Positions 37,124-50,744 of a stretch of 64,000 bases of DNA are shown piece after piece. Each line of letters starts with the position of its first letter. Position 1 is the first letter of the stretch. The stretch spans positions 1,515,275-1,579,274 of the forward strand of contig MU004234.1 in the NCBI GenBank assembly GCA_010405405.1. Reading direction: 5' to 3'. The stretch comes from Microthyrium microscopicum (lineage: Eukaryota). Below the pieces are notes generated by a model. That model ran no database searches, was not told the DNA's origin, and was given only the letters and a program-made list of their open reading frames with translations. The translations under genes and the position numbers were made by a program.

Positions 37124-37651
37124 GGTTGAAGGCCATGTTGATCGCGCCGAAATATTGTCGAAGTTATCGGGTCGTTATCAGGTCGTTATCAAGCGAGTTG
37201 TAATCATGCTTAAGTGGGTTACACGGCAAGATTCTGCGGGCTCGCTCACAATTTTGGGAATAAATGGTTTCCACTGTTGCATTGAAGTAGGAGTTCAAGA
37301 AGGAAGGAGCCACCCGAGATCGATGAAACACCAAAGCTTGGACGTTATGTCTCGTGGTTCGCGTGGCATGTCATGCTAAATTCAACCTCATCTCTGAAGT
37401 CTGGTGGATTCCAACATGAAAGTATGAACATGAAGCATTTATCTAGTCTTGTGCTGATGACGAAATTGGAATAAATATCATATATTACATTAGAGGAGGA
37501 TATCTCGCTAGGCCATGCAAGTTCATGGCCATTTTTTACTTTGCTCGTAATGAGTATCTAAGGTATCTCTCGCGTTATACGCAGTCTTGCGCAGTAATAA
37601 TCAAAGCCACGCTAACCACCCGCACCCTTCAATTTTGTCAAAAAAAATCCT

Positions 37652-39403
37652 TTACACTTGGAACATTTGTGCCACTACGCTTGGCTTACGCTCAGCATAG
37701 CTTTCGCGGCGGGCCTCAACGTTCTTGGCATCTTGAGCGGCAATGATATCTTCGCCTGTATCGGCGTGATCCATCATAGATGGGTGATGTGGCGATAGCT
37801 TATTAAAGCCCCAGTAGAAGAGACCAGCAGCGATGAAGGAGTAGATATAACCAATGGCGAAAAGATGTTGACCACCTGCGGAGATTGAAGTCTTTTGACC
37901 ACCAGCTTGGATGATGTTGTCGATGAAGCCAGGGAGAGGAGGAATGCAGCCGATGAAGAAGGCTGCAACGGCACGCCAATTGCTACCAAACTTGCCATAC
38001 TTGTACATACCATTGAAGTTGTACATATCTGGAACAGAGACATTGCCTCTGCGGACGATGAAGTAGTCGGTGATGAGAATGGCAGTCATTGGTCCCAAGA
38101 AGATGGTATAACCACCGAGGAAAGCAAGGAACTTTGCAGCAGATGCAAGAATCTTCCATGGCACGAAAGCCCAGCTACCAATGACAGCAGCGAGGAGTTG
38201 TCCACGGCGGATGTTGATGTACTTAGGTGCGAATGACATAAGATCATTGGCGGCGGAGATGGAGTTGGCGGAGATGTTGATACCGAGGGTGACGATGATG
38301 AGGCCAATGGCACCGAAAGCAGCAGCGGCACGACCTCCGTGGGAGCCTGACATTTGCCAGTTGTTGATGATGTCGATTGGGTTCCACAAGATTTCGCCAT
38401 AAACGGTTTCTGAGGCAGCGGCGGTGAAGATACCGAGAAGACCAACGATTGTGAAGATGACGGGGATAACAAAGACTTGGACGTTCTGTGCGCTAGGCTT
38501 GTTGGCGTATCTTGAGAAATCGGCAATGTTGAGACCCAAGGTAGCGTAGTTACCCAATACTCCGTTAAGGTTGGAGAAGAAGGCCCAGGCGAGAGCTGAA
38601 CCGCCCAAAGTGGTTCCTTGGGTGATGACAGTGCTGTTACTGATAGTGCCACCAGCCTTGTGGAGAGTGTCTCCGAAGACAGCCAAGAAGATCATTGGTG
38701 CAATGACAGACTTCATGGCGAAAAAGTACTGGACCTTGGTGTAGGGAATGCAGAGGAATGGAAGCTGGAGCAGGAAGTAGAGCACGAAGCCACACATTCC
38801 ATTAGTTGTGATGCCTTGATCCGCGGGTATCGTATTGGGTATATTTTTGAAGCTGGGCCATATCGCTGTGAGCAAGACGACCATACATTGTCCTCCGGTG
38901 GTAGTTTGGACACCAAGCCATACAATGGCGAGGACGCAGCGAGAGACGACGACGAAGTAACTGAAGTAATAACCAAATGGCATGCGCGCGAGAACCGGGA
39001 ATGGAGTATGAAGGGTGGCACCCATTCTACCGTTGATGGTAATAACCATACCCATGACGGTGTTTCCGAGTACGCAAGCACCAATAGCCATTTTCCAACT
39101 GAGACCGACCTTGATCATAGAGGACGCGACTTCCCAGTTGGATACAGCCCAGGCGTCGGCCATCCAGTAGGCGACATAGGCGCCCCAGTTCCATGTTCGC
39201 TTTGATGGGGGAATTGGGTCGAAATCGGCATTGGAAGCATTCTTTGTGGCAGCAAAACTGCTCTCTTCTTGACGGACCTGTAGACTGAAGCCGGGAAGAC
39301 GTCTTCTTAGTTTAGAAGAGTGACCAGGCTCAGCATAAGAGCCGGATGGGGAAGAGCCATTCTTCTCGGCGTAAAGAGGTCCTTTAGTCTCTTCTGTGGA
39401 CAT
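37652..39403 (-). CDS. NCS1-family nucleobase (uracil/allantoin) permease
   Basis: About 12 TM segments; NADFDPIPPSKRTW, YWMAD, PFPVLARMPFG, ADFSRY, NISANS, PKYINIRRG, PWKIL, DYFIVRRG, NWRA. Confidence 0.93.
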   Translation of the reverse strand: MSTEETKGPLYAEKNGSSPSGSYAEPGHSSKLRRRLPGFSLQVRQEESSFAATKNASNADFDPIPPSKRTWNWGAYVAYWMADAWAVSNWEVASSMIKVGLSWKMAIGACVLGNTVMGMVITINGRMGATLHTPFPVLARMPFGYYFSYFVVVSRCVLAIVWLGVQTTTGGQCMVVLLTAIWPSFKNIPNTIPADQGITTNGMCGFVLYFLLQLPFLCIPYTKVQYFFAMKSVIAPMIFLAVFGDTLHKAGGTISNSTVITQGTTLGGSALAWAFFSNLNGVLGNYATLGLNIADFSRYANKPSAQNVQVFVIPVIFTIVGLLGIFTAAASETVYGEILWNPIDIINNWQMSGSHGGRAAAAFGAIGLIIVTLGINISANSISAANDLMSFAPKYINIRRGQLLAAVIGSWAFVPWKILASAAKFLAFLGGYTIFLGPMTAILITDYFIVRRGNVSVPDMYNFNGMYKYGKFGSNWRAVAAFFIGCIPPLPGFIDNIIQAGGQKTSISAGGQHLFAIGYIYSFIAAGLFYWGFNKLSPHHPSMMDHADTGEDIIAAQDAKNVEARRESYAERKPSVVAQMFQV

Positions 39404-42400
39404 GATGGATGGAGCAATCAATGCGAACGAAGTGTGAAGAGAAAAGTCCGGCAAGCAATAACGAACCTTGTCCGCTTGTTTATATTGCTCGCAACGGAGT
39501 ACTGGTGAGTAGTAGTTGATGGAGACAAGATAAGACGCAGGAAAAAGAAATATGGATCATGGCCTAATGCAATTGATCGAAGGTGTCTAGCGGAGCCATG
39601 TGCATGGGATGTGCATTGGAAAAGATAAGGAATTGACGGACAGTGCCTATCACCGCATTAAGCGCAAGCACCCCCAAGCTAATGGTGTGCAGTGGGGACG
39701 CCACTCAAGTGGTCGTGTGCGCGCGACGTCAGTCTACGATGAACTGGGTACAGACACAGTAAGACTAGCATACAACTCGCTGTGCTCGGTACTGGGCAAA
39801 GGGCACAAAGTAGTGGAAGAATACGAATTGACGTTGGGGGGAAACAATGGAGCACAGAGGGAAATGCAGAGCGCAACGGCACGTGGCTAGCAGCTTGCAA
39901 GGCTGGTACAGCAACGTACAGGGCTTCAGACCAGGCGTAGAGGCGTGTGGGAGTCGCCAGGGTTCTCCACAGGCCGTACCAGTAGAAAGGTTCCAAACTT
40001 GACCTGTTACTCGATCACATCGAGCAATTCTCAAGCCTTCCATCTTATCATAGGTGGCTGGCCTAGAAATAGGCCCTGCTACCCAGTAGCGATCCAACGT
40101 GAAGGCTGGCCAGGGTCCGGTCGGAGCGCCTTGGTGTGGGCTAGCTGTAGTTCCTTACGGTGCTGCCGAGTCAATCCAGGATACCGGTATCTGAATATCT
40201 CCGCTAGACGAAGCATTTGAAGCTTTCATAGGCGTTGACGTTGGAACTCGGCGCTGCTACCAGACGACGCTTAAACTTGCAGTGCGCCAGTACTTACGAG
40301 GTGGGTCTGGGCCTTATTTCGCTTTTGCGCTGCCTTCATGATTGGTCGACTCTTATCCGACACCAGAGATAGATAATCCTAAACTGGCCTTGTCCACTCT
40401 TTTGTGAGGATCCGACCTCGTCCATTTGTTGTCCAGAATACGGGTCTTTGAGATCGTGAGAATGCTACCCAACAGTAACTGCAGAAAGAAGAAAATAATC
40501 AAGTGAGATTGGCCGCGTTGCTACCCAAGGTATATCCGGGACCTTCCGCCCATAGTATCTTCTTGTCACGAGCACAAGGCCATCTAGATTCACTAAAAGT
40601 CTCGAAATCGCCTATTCTAGAGCTATGGATATGCTTCAGCTGAAAGACTTCTCTTGAAATCCGAGCTAACATATCCCTCTTGATCGGCCAACTACGATTA
40701 TGCTCGTGCAAACGGAACAATATCCGTCTTGTTCCATTTCATCAGCCGTCTTTGACATTCGATTTTCAGATACTTTTGTAATTCTACTCACTCGAACATG
40801 AAGCCTACGTTCATGAGATACCTAGATTGTCGAGATCGAGTTGGTGGTAGAAATCGTCGCACTTCATGTCTCTGAACATATAAAGCCTCGTCATAGAATA
40901 ATTATATTTGCTTTTTGCAAGCAGATCATATAAGAGAGGAGAGTAGTAGCAGAGTAGTCAATAGCTTTAAACAACTGATCGACTCTTCTCTGCAAGCTAA
41001 CGATGAAAATCGATTTATTTTTGTCCAATAATTTCGTTGGCGTTTTGATCAGCACGGTAGAATTGAGGACAACTACGTCCATAAGATAAGCGCAGCCAAT
41101 GTCATTGATCCAAGCACAAAACTCCGTTTTAACATCTAAATGGACCGAAAACATCACACGATCAGAAAACTCCTGAAAATATTGTTATGAGATCATTCTG
41201 TGGTGGCGGCATTTCTTTTGGTGGTGATGCTGCTTTACATTGAATGACGTTGCCACAAACTTTTGTCTACAGAAAATTTAGCTATCTTGAGGTATCGGAT
41301 CGGATGATTGTTGAGAGACAGACAATAACAAGACATTTTTCAGTGGCACAAAAGGCACAGTGGGTACTTGATCTCAGCTTTCCAGCGTGAAGACAGTGAT
41401 TTGGCATCTAAACCAGTACGGAGTAGCTCGGTAAGCGGGCGGACCTTTGCAAATAGCTTTCATCACAAGCCTTTCGAAGCTACACATCTGCATTCTCCAT
41501 GTCACTTACAGCCATTTGATTGATCGCACTTGGAGAAGAGACTGCAAATATGTACATCAATTGAAGATCTAAGCTATATCATTCGACTTTTGATAGATAA
41601 TGAGTGTTCTGTTACAGGTACAAAGAAACAAAACGGCTCGAAACACTTTCCTTGAAAGCCACTACTTTTTATTATGCAAGCTGAAAGTTCGCATCTAGAT
41701 CTAATGGTGACAGTCATAGTATACGTTACAAGAGTATGCAACTTCTGGCTGGTTCGGATATTCTCAAATGCATAGTTACATGAGGTCGCAGATAGTGTCG
41801 TACGTTCTGCGACATTCATCGCGTAAGAATATCGATCTTCCCTTGTTGATGTTGTTGAAGGCGACTGAGTTTGCGAGTTCTGTTACCTGTTCAAAGAAGC
41901 GTAGGGCTGAATGATGGGGTACTTGTTGTTCTTTGAAGGCAAAAGAGGATGATCACAGTCTTATATAAACCTGATCTATTTTTAGCTTAATCAGCCACAT
42001 GAGCCTTACGTCCATTTCTTGTCGTAGCAGATTACTTGCATGCGCGGCTCACAGTTACACTACATTGGATGTAGTGTAAGTAGATTGAATCCACCGGAAC
42101 TGTCATAAGTGATGCTTCCATAGCGCATAATAGGGCGATATGGATTATCTGGTAAAGGATGGGATAGCAATCTATCTGGAATCGAAAGGATTAACCTTGA
42201 AAATGTCAAAAATAATGCACCGCCGCATCGGGGCGTTTTCACAGTGGATTGTGAGTGGAACACCAAAGTCTGAGCCGCGTTGGCTTACGCAAATCACCAC
42301 TTGCGGCTCTTGGCTTTCTTCACTCTTCACTATTCAGCCCAACCACTCTCTCTACTTCTTGCAATCTTTCAACTATTCTATCTTTTCTCATCCTCTCTCG

Positions 42401-42646
42401 TCCTTTCTGCCACGCGCTGATTTGCTGTCACATCGGCCTTCATGTTGACATTTGTCCTGGCTCTCCAGCGTTGATCCTTTAGCGAAACCCTGAAATACAG
42501 CCTACCACGCCCGTTTCTTGAAACACCACACTTGTCAATTCTTCTTGACATCACCTTCGCTGTTTCTTTTGCAGGAGCCATTTTTCAATCGCAACCGACT
42601 AGTGGTTCCTTCTACCTTCCTCTGATAATTTGGTGGTCTATCGAAT

Positions 42647-44300
42647 ATGGCATCTAACGACTACTATAATACTCATGGCAACAGCCATCAATACGGCGGT
42701 CATGAAGATAGCTCATACCACGGCTCACGTCCCCAGGACGCTCCTCTCCCATCTTTACCGTCAGAAGCATTCTCACACGACGCTCCTTCGTCGACGACTG
42801 CACACTCCGCTGTATCGCCGTTTAGCACCCCTTTTGACGACCATCATACATATACTCCCTATAATCAATCAACCCAGTCAATTGATCACCCATATTCATA
42901 TACCGACTCTGCTCAACAAGACCCGTTCAGGGATAGTAATGCTATTCCACTTCAAACAAAACACGGCGCTAGCGCCTACGACCACGTAGCTCCATCGCCA
43001 ACAGCAGCGATGGCGAATGCAGAACAATTTGGCAATGGCGGATATCCTCCCAAGGACGAAGAGGTTAGCCGGGGACCGAAAAGCTGGTTCAAGGGAAAGA
43101 TTCCTTTTGCAGTCTACACGATATCACTAGTCCAAATAATCGTCTTCATAGTCGAAATTATCAAGAACGGTATGTCCTTCACAACTTGAAGCATGAAAAC
43201 CGTACTAATCACCATATAGCGACCCTTACAGGCTCTCCCATCGAAATACATCCCTCAGTCAACCCCATGCTTGGCCCATCTCCATACGTGCAAATAAATA
43301 TGGGCGGGCGCTACGTGCCATGCATGCGCGAATACCCAGCACCCAACAACCAAACCATCGCGCAATACCCCGTTCCCTGCCCCAACTCGACTACCACCGA
43401 CTCCCTCTGTTCGCTCGCCGAGCTCTGCGGCTTCGGTCTCAACCTCACTGGTCAAAACGGCGCACAACTACAGCCAAATCAATGGTTCCGATTCATCGTA
43501 CCCATCTTTCTACACGGCGGCATCCTCCACATTGGTTTCAACCTTCTCCTCCAACTCACACTAGGCAAAGACATGGAGCGCACCATCGGCACACTCCGCT
43601 TCGTTCTCGTATACTTTGCCGCTGGCATCTTCGGCTTCGTGTTCGGCGGCAACTTTTCCCCGAACGGCATCGTCAGCACCGGCTGCTCAGGCGCATTATT
43701 CGGTATCATTGCCATCACCCTCCTCGACCTCTGCTACACATGGAAAACGCGCAAAAACCCCGGGCGCGAACTCGCTTTCCTCATGGCACAAATAGTTATC
43801 ACTTTTGTTATCGGTCTTCTCCCTGCCATCGATAACTTCTCCCACATTGGCGGTTTTCTGACAGGCATTGTCCTTGGTATTTGTCTCCTCCACTCGCCTG
43901 ACTCACTACGCGAACGTATCGGACTCGATGAGCCTCCGTACGCAAGCATGACTGGCGCAGCAGATCCAGGCACAGGCACAGGAATGCATAAATTCGTACG
44001 TGCGCCAGTAGGCTTCTTCAAGGGCCGGAAGCCGCTTTGGTGGGCATGGTGGTTGGTAAGAGCTGCCATGTTGGCAGCGATGTTTGCGGCATTCATCGTA
44101 CTGTTGAACGATTTCTATTTGTATCGGAGTAATTGCACGTGGTGCAAGTATTTGAGCTGTTTGGTAAGTACCCAATCTTCTTCAACATGAGTTACTGAAG
44201 CTAACATGATCACCAGCCGATCAAGGATTGGTGTGAGGTTGGCAATATCCAATTCACTACTACACCAGCGAAGCGTGCGGCGGAGGTGTTTGGGTTGTGA
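42647..44300 (+). CDS. Rhomboid intramembrane serine protease; introns 43170-43219, 44164-44216
   Basis: NPMLGPS, QWFRFIVPIFLHGGILHIGFN, catalytic GCSG and HIGG, Cys-rich C-terminus. Confidence 0.92.
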
Positions 44301-44746
44301 GCGTTACGTTTTGACATGGGATGGAATCTTTGCTGGAGCGAATGGCATACTTGGTAATAAGTCTTGACAAATTCTTGATGCTTGGACAATGAGTGGTTGA
44401 AGCATATTTGTTGGCATTGCAAGGCGTTGGCGATATGTGTGTCTATATCCAGGAGAAAGTGGAGACATAAAAGGTCACATTGTGTGCATGCGTGCGACGT
44501 ACAACAACGGCTGTATGCGGCCTATTACTTTTAACGAATTAATGACACCCTGAAGATTGAACATTCATATTGCAAAACTGTTCATTGATTCATCGCATTC
44601 TAATAGGAGAGTGGATTGTACTAGGATCGGTTGTGAGTGTCTTTTCGTGATCGAAAACAATAGGTCCAAGTTTCAAGGAAGAGAGAGAAAGTGGTCCCGT
44701 CCACTAGAGTTCGGTATCGCTCAAGACACCCTCGCTGATCGAACGT

Positions 44747-47700
44747 CTATGTATACACCTCCGCCGTGAACGCATTCAGCGAGATGCCCTCCTGAGCAAT
44801 ATCCTCCTCCTTCAAGAACATCAACGGCATCTCTACCAACGTTCCCTTCACCCTTGCCAACTCGTCCTTGACCTGTGCGACGCCGCCAGGGAACTCATCT
44901 CGCACCACATGGCCCACCTTGTACGGACCGGCCTTCTTCTTTGCATCTTTGGGATCGGCAGCGCGGAATAGGTCCTCGTACCATGTGTCGTACTCTTTCC
45001 ATGACTTGACGTTGTCGTGTGGGACTACGTGGAACACTTTGCCGAATACCTCTGTGTTCGTTGCAGCAGTCTCGTTCCAGCGGGCCCAGAACGCATCGCT
45101 AAGCGGGTCGGTAACCACGGCATCTTCGGCAGAGTCCCAGTCGTACTCGTTGGGCGAGTGGTTGACGGGTGTGTAGTTCTGGTGCTCGGTGGAGTAGTCT
45201 TGGGGGCTGAGTAGACCGAGATGTTTGCGGAAGATGGTGCGGCGGAGAGAAGTAGCGAATTTTGAGACTGAGTAAGGATTTCCACCAAGCGTAGATTGGT
45301 GGGGCGTCTTGTCTTGGATAACAACGGCAATCTCACTGTCATGACTGCCGAGTTGCGAGCGATCATTGAGATTGGCGGAACCGCAGATGACGATGCGGTC
45401 GTCGGCGATGAGCAGCTTTGAGTGGATGTATAGTTCTTCTGTGACAAAGGCATCGATTTCAGCCACGTTACCTTCTTGCCAGGGGACACTGCGGATATCG
45501 GGGCCGTTGAGCATATAGCAATCAGCAACACTGTCCCAGCGGCCAGTGGCAAGATTTCCTTGATCGCCCACTTGTTGAGTGCCTTGCTGATATGTATCGA
45601 AAGCGCCTGGTTGATGTTGTGGCTGTTCACCATAGCCGCCTTGTTGTTGGAAGCCGCCCGAGTACATTGCATCGTGTTCCTTTCTTGCTTCTTCGTACGG
45701 GATGCCGCTCTGCTGCTCAGCGCTCTTCATTGCAGAAGAAACGTTGATGCGGTCGTAGTTGCGAAGATTATAGAATCGAATATAGTCAAGAGGATTGTAA
45801 CCTGCTTGTGCAATCTTTTCGTAGATTGAATGTCCTCCCCGGCTGATTGACGCGTATTGGAACTCCATGATGGCTCTGGTTGCCAATGCATCGTCATTTC
45901 GTAAGTCGCCAGCAAAAGCAGGAACTGCAGGCATCAGCACTATCATTCGATAATTCTGTCCATTTTGTGCAGCACGGATAATTCGTTCGACAATTGCTGC
46001 TCCAATTTTGTTTCGGATGGGATGCTGTTGGTCACTTGTAGCCGTGATGAAGAACTGGTTCTCTATGTAGACGAAGTGTTCACTGTTTTTGATAACATCA
46101 ATGTAGGCGTTGGCAATGGAGTGCTGGTAGAATTAGTATATAGCATCGTGATAATCTTTAGAATCTTACTTCAAGCCGAGACCCATGGCTCCATTTACAA
46201 GCGGATCGAACAATTTGGCAAGAAATTCCGGAGCCAGACCCGAGTTCAGAAGTTAGTTGTGGATCCCTGAAGTTGTCAGTTGAAGTTCACAATGATATGT
46301 TGCACCAATACGCTCCGAAAAGCTAATGCGAGATCTTCACGATCGGCTTCCCAATTCGCATCGCACTTCGTGGCAGGCATATAATGCTATGGGAGCCACC
46401 AAGTGCGTAAGCATTATCGGTCGCTCGGCACAAAGTGATGAGAAATGTTTCGAACAGATAGACTAACATGTTGTGCTGATGATGATGCAAATGTTGCTTG
46501 AGCTTGTCCTTCATTCCAAACACTCCGGTCTCGACATGCCTGAACTTTGTTAGTGTAAGATTACACAATATTTTACCATGGGAGTCATCAAACGCGATGG
46601 GAGCCACGACATTTTTGGTCTCATCGCTTCCTGTCAATAAAAGGGGGAAGTCTTACTCTATCCCAGACTCGACAGTGTCGGAGATCCCACGAGACTCTTC
46701 GCCATCCTGCTCAGTAGCTTGTTGATAACCGCCCAGAGTTGATGTATGCTCCAGTCGCGCATATCTTGGATCTGGTCGACTGTGATATTTCTCGTCGTAG
46801 ATGAAGTTCCATCGCTGGACAAAATGTTCTCCTAGATCCTGAACGACAGGCCCAACGATCGAGAGTGCAATGTCGCTCCAACCCATGCGAGAGTTCTCCG
46901 TTCGATCCAATTTGTTGTTTTGCCAGTTTTGTACGTCTTGGAAGTCCATGACACGAGAGTTATTGTAATCTTGGCCTGGAAAGACGGTTTTGTTGATGTC
47001 ACCGGGATGCGCATCAGCGATTGAGTGCTGATTCGTATCCCATCGACCATAACATAAGTCCAGTCCACCCATGAAGGCTATTTTCCCGTCGATGAGACAA
47101 AGTTTCTCGTGATGGGCCCTGAGTTTTATTAGTAAGACTACGGGACAGAGCCAAAATGTGCTAAAAAGACCATTTGGTCTCCTTGGCACAAAATCCCATC
47201 ACTTCTTATGGTAGCCATATAGTGCGACAGGAGCCATGACACGCTATGGGAATTCGCGCTGAAGGTATTTTATACGCAGGAAACTTACCAGTAAAGGACA
47301 GTCTCTGCATTTGTGCCGTAAATGGATTCCAACGCCTCTCCCGGGAGTCTGGATGCGTTGGCGGCAGTAAGCTTGAAGTTCTTGAATTGGTCTGCGAGGT
47401 TCGCGGCGATGGTCTTTTGATCAGGTAAGTGGTCAGGATGTCTGATGACCGCAATATTTGGATGAAGCTCCTCCAATGCATGTTTGGTGTGGGACGAAGA
47501 AACTGTGATTGGGGGTGATATCAGTGGATCGTGCTTCTCGATATACTCAAGAGACTCAAAGATAGTTTGTAGTCCCAGCTTGGTTACAGCTCGAGTATAA
47601 ATATCGGTATGATGTGGAAGTAATTGATGTAGATAGTTTGGAAGCCATGGATTCAAGTACTTACGGGTGAGCGCTTGTGTGACCTGTTAGAAGAGTTAAT

Positions 47701-48814
47701 GGGGCTCATCAACAAGTATTGCTTCAAGACATTTACCTCCTTATATACTATAATATTGACTTTGACACCACGCTCCGCAGCGGCATGTAGCATTTTGTCT
47801 AATCTGTACTGCTCATGTGCGGCTGGTGGGCGGCGTAGATAGAGTTCGGGAGATAACCACCCTACAGGTTATCAGTACGCTGTAGAACAATCGCCATAGT
47901 TCAGAATACGTACAGTCCATGATGTAAACATATTGCTGTGCCTGTTCCAAAGCCATAGAGACAGCCCACATGTAACCACAGCCATCTACATACCACTTGA
48001 CATCATTCCCGGTAGCTCGTTCTGGGGCGAAGCCAATGAAGCGATTGTGGGCATGATGATCGTGGTAGCCTGGTTCACATTCGCCGCTGAGATGTGTATG
48101 CGAATGTTGGTTACCCATACCACTAATTCTGGTCTTCAACTCTGACCCAAGGCTGTGGACGGCGCCGTGTAGTTTCCCGAACAAGCCTGACATTGTGGAA
48201 GTATTGCTCGTTTTGGAGGTTGAAGCGGGTTCAGATTGGTCGCTCTAAAAGGAATAGGGTCAGTAGAGGCGTATCAGTAATATCATGGATGTAAAAGAGG
48301 TTGGGAAAAGGATGAAGTGGGACTAGCTAGTGCTTGTCGTGGATTGACAGAGCTCACGTACAGCCAAGCCATGATGAATTAGACAAGGAAGGTACTGTAA
48401 GTATGAAGAACTTTCAGGAAAGCGCCAAAGAACCAGGACAACAACCGTCAACTAGCTCTAGCAAGCTCCCAGCAACGCTACTCCAGGAAAGATGCCATAT
48501 CTTTTGACAGCCGTGCTTGATAAACAGTGTGACAGTCAAAAGATTCACAGCATCTTTGGGCAGTAACGCACTCAATGCTACCTTAGTACGTAGCATATAG
48601 GAGCTAGCGAGGCTGGTGGGAGCAACATTGACTGCACATTCTTTCCAGGGGAGAATCGTTCACCAATAAACGTACGTACCTGTTGTTGAGGCCGTAAACC
48701 ATCAATCCTGTGGAATACGTCGCCCAAAAAGCCTCTCTCTTCTACATCTCCATGGTCTGGTCCATGATAGTCGCCATAAGCGAGATCGTCGTCGTCCCCT
48801 CGACGTCTGGACAT
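44747..48814 (-). CDS. Phospholipase D (two HKD motifs, no PX/PH), multi-exon
   Basis: VKWYVDG, YW|AHHEKLCLIDG..FMGGLDLCYGRWDT, RMGWSD, YIENQFF, LYIHSKLLIADD..GSANLNDRS..DSE. The start is 48814 (MSRRRGDDDDLAYG) or the downstream ATG at 48193. Confidence 0.92.
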
Positions 48815-49463
48815 GGCGCTTGAAGTTGATATGAGACGAGGAAGGGAAGTGGAAGCTCGCTCTTGCTCAGATGCTCATGTTCGAACAGATAGGGCCATGC
48901 TGTGATGCACAAACTCTAGGTACTTGTTGCCTTGTTTGTGATAGCTCTTACGCGTTAGAGTTTAGGAATACAAGACTCCTAGCATCAGATCAGATCAAAT
49001 CTGCGTGATATCCTTGATACGATCAATGCCATGCGCTGAGCTGCCCCGCAATGCCCCACCATAATCGCAACCAGATCGTGAGACGCGACTAGACACTGCA
49101 TTGCCCACCTCGGCGCATCCTGATTATTGACGCCAACTTATTTATCATTCATGTTCAAATCCCGAGAATGCAGCCATCATGCTAGATTCCCTATATAGCT
49201 CCTCATCATCTTCTTCTATCCTCGCCGGAGAAACGGAGTTGCAATTCATCTACCAATGATGCCGCATCGCCGCAAATGCCGCTAGTTTATGATGCCCATA
49301 CATCTCGCCCGAGAAATTTCCTCGAGCTTGACCTCGCGAGAGCTCCAGCTACTATAGTATATAGGTGTCATAGTTCTAAGTCAATCGAATCCATCTACAA
49401 CCCCAAATCCAACCTCACTTCAGCCTGTGACTTACGCTTGCTATTACTGACTATTAGGACAAC

Positions 49464-50066
49464 ATGGCCCAACTCAATGCTAACAAGACAATTGCCACTC
49501 TCGAGGTATGTCCGCTAGTCTTTGGGAACTTCTCTCACAACTGACTTCATCGAGCCATCGCTCATCCCGAACCTCCCTACCTCCTCTGTAACCCTCTTCG
49601 AAGCCAAGAAGCAAAAGAATCTTACCTTCGCCGAGATCGCGCAACGCATTGGTCGAGGCGAAGTAGCTGTGGCCGCGCTTTTCTACGGCCAATCCAAGGC
49701 ATCTGCAGAAGACATCCAAGCACTCTCAGAGATCCTCGGTGTCGACCATGCAAAGCTAAACGAGCAGCTCGCCGGCTGGCCGGATCGCGGACGCTCAGGC
49801 CCGATGCCTCCTAAGGAGCCATTGGTATATCGATTGTATGAGATCGTCCAGAACTATGGATTGGCGTACAAGGCAGTGTTGAATGAGATGTTCGGAGATG
49901 GAATCATGAGCGCAATTGCTTTCAGTACCAAGATCGAGCGCGAGGTGGATGATAAGGGCGCCGAATGGGCGATTATTACGATGAGAGGGAAATGGTAAGT
50001 TTCTAGATCGTACATGTCAGAGGTTCTGTGCTAACATCATGCAGGCTTCCCTTCACTCGATTTTAG
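49464..50066 (+). CDS. cyn1: Cyanate hydratase (cyanase); introns 49506-49554, 49995-50044
   Basis: [41 protein letters not shown], spliced end RGKWLPFTRF. Confidence 0.95.
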
Positions 50067-50744
50067 GGAAATCTGCACATCCGTTTAACGAGTATCGGAA
50101 AAGGGGAAAAGCTTCGGCATGTACGTTGTCTTGCACGTGGCCATGTATGAGTGGTTCCAAAGATTGCAAAGTATAGGCCGGCAGAGTGAATAGTTCGTAT
50201 GTTTATCGATGAAGATTTGATCAGTTCTGGGGTCACGCCTTTTGAATGTCGTGTTATCGAGGAAGGTTCTAAGTGTCTTGCTGTCTGGCGGTAAAGTCTT
50301 TCAAGAAAAGGCGATCGCGAACAATAGCACGGGCCATATGGCGCTAAAAATAAGTTAAAGCACGGTCACTCCTGTGGACCGCGCTCAGGTCCCTGTCCCA
50401 CTCCCACAGTTCAAGCCATCATCAACCAGACTTCGACCTCATCTCTACAAATTCTACCTTGAGTTTTACCATTCTCCTCAACCTTAATCCTCCATACATC
50501 CCCTGAAGATCACTTTTTTCTTCCTATACTCACTAAACAACCGTTCAGATCCAGCCAAGTATTGTTCTTGTCTAAAAGATTCTTCCAACGAAATCTGTTG
50601 CGTCCAAGGGCCCAACAAATCACCTACAAATCACCTACCTATTGATCAGAATGCAGACATATGTGCGCAATTGGATTGTCAACTGTCGCCCTGCTCTCCT
50701 GATTCGAAAACAATATCAAGCGGTGCCAACCTACGATCGCAGCG

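Noticed and set aside
40499..41819. Scattered short minus-strand ORFs with an upstream TATA-like element
   Set aside because: No coherent splice model or recognisable motif; at most a degenerate gene.
46577..46633. Possible cassette or poison exon inside a PLD intron
   Set aside because: Flanking splice-like signals exist, but the phase gives an immediate stop and a single longer intron explains the gene. Untestable without RNA data.
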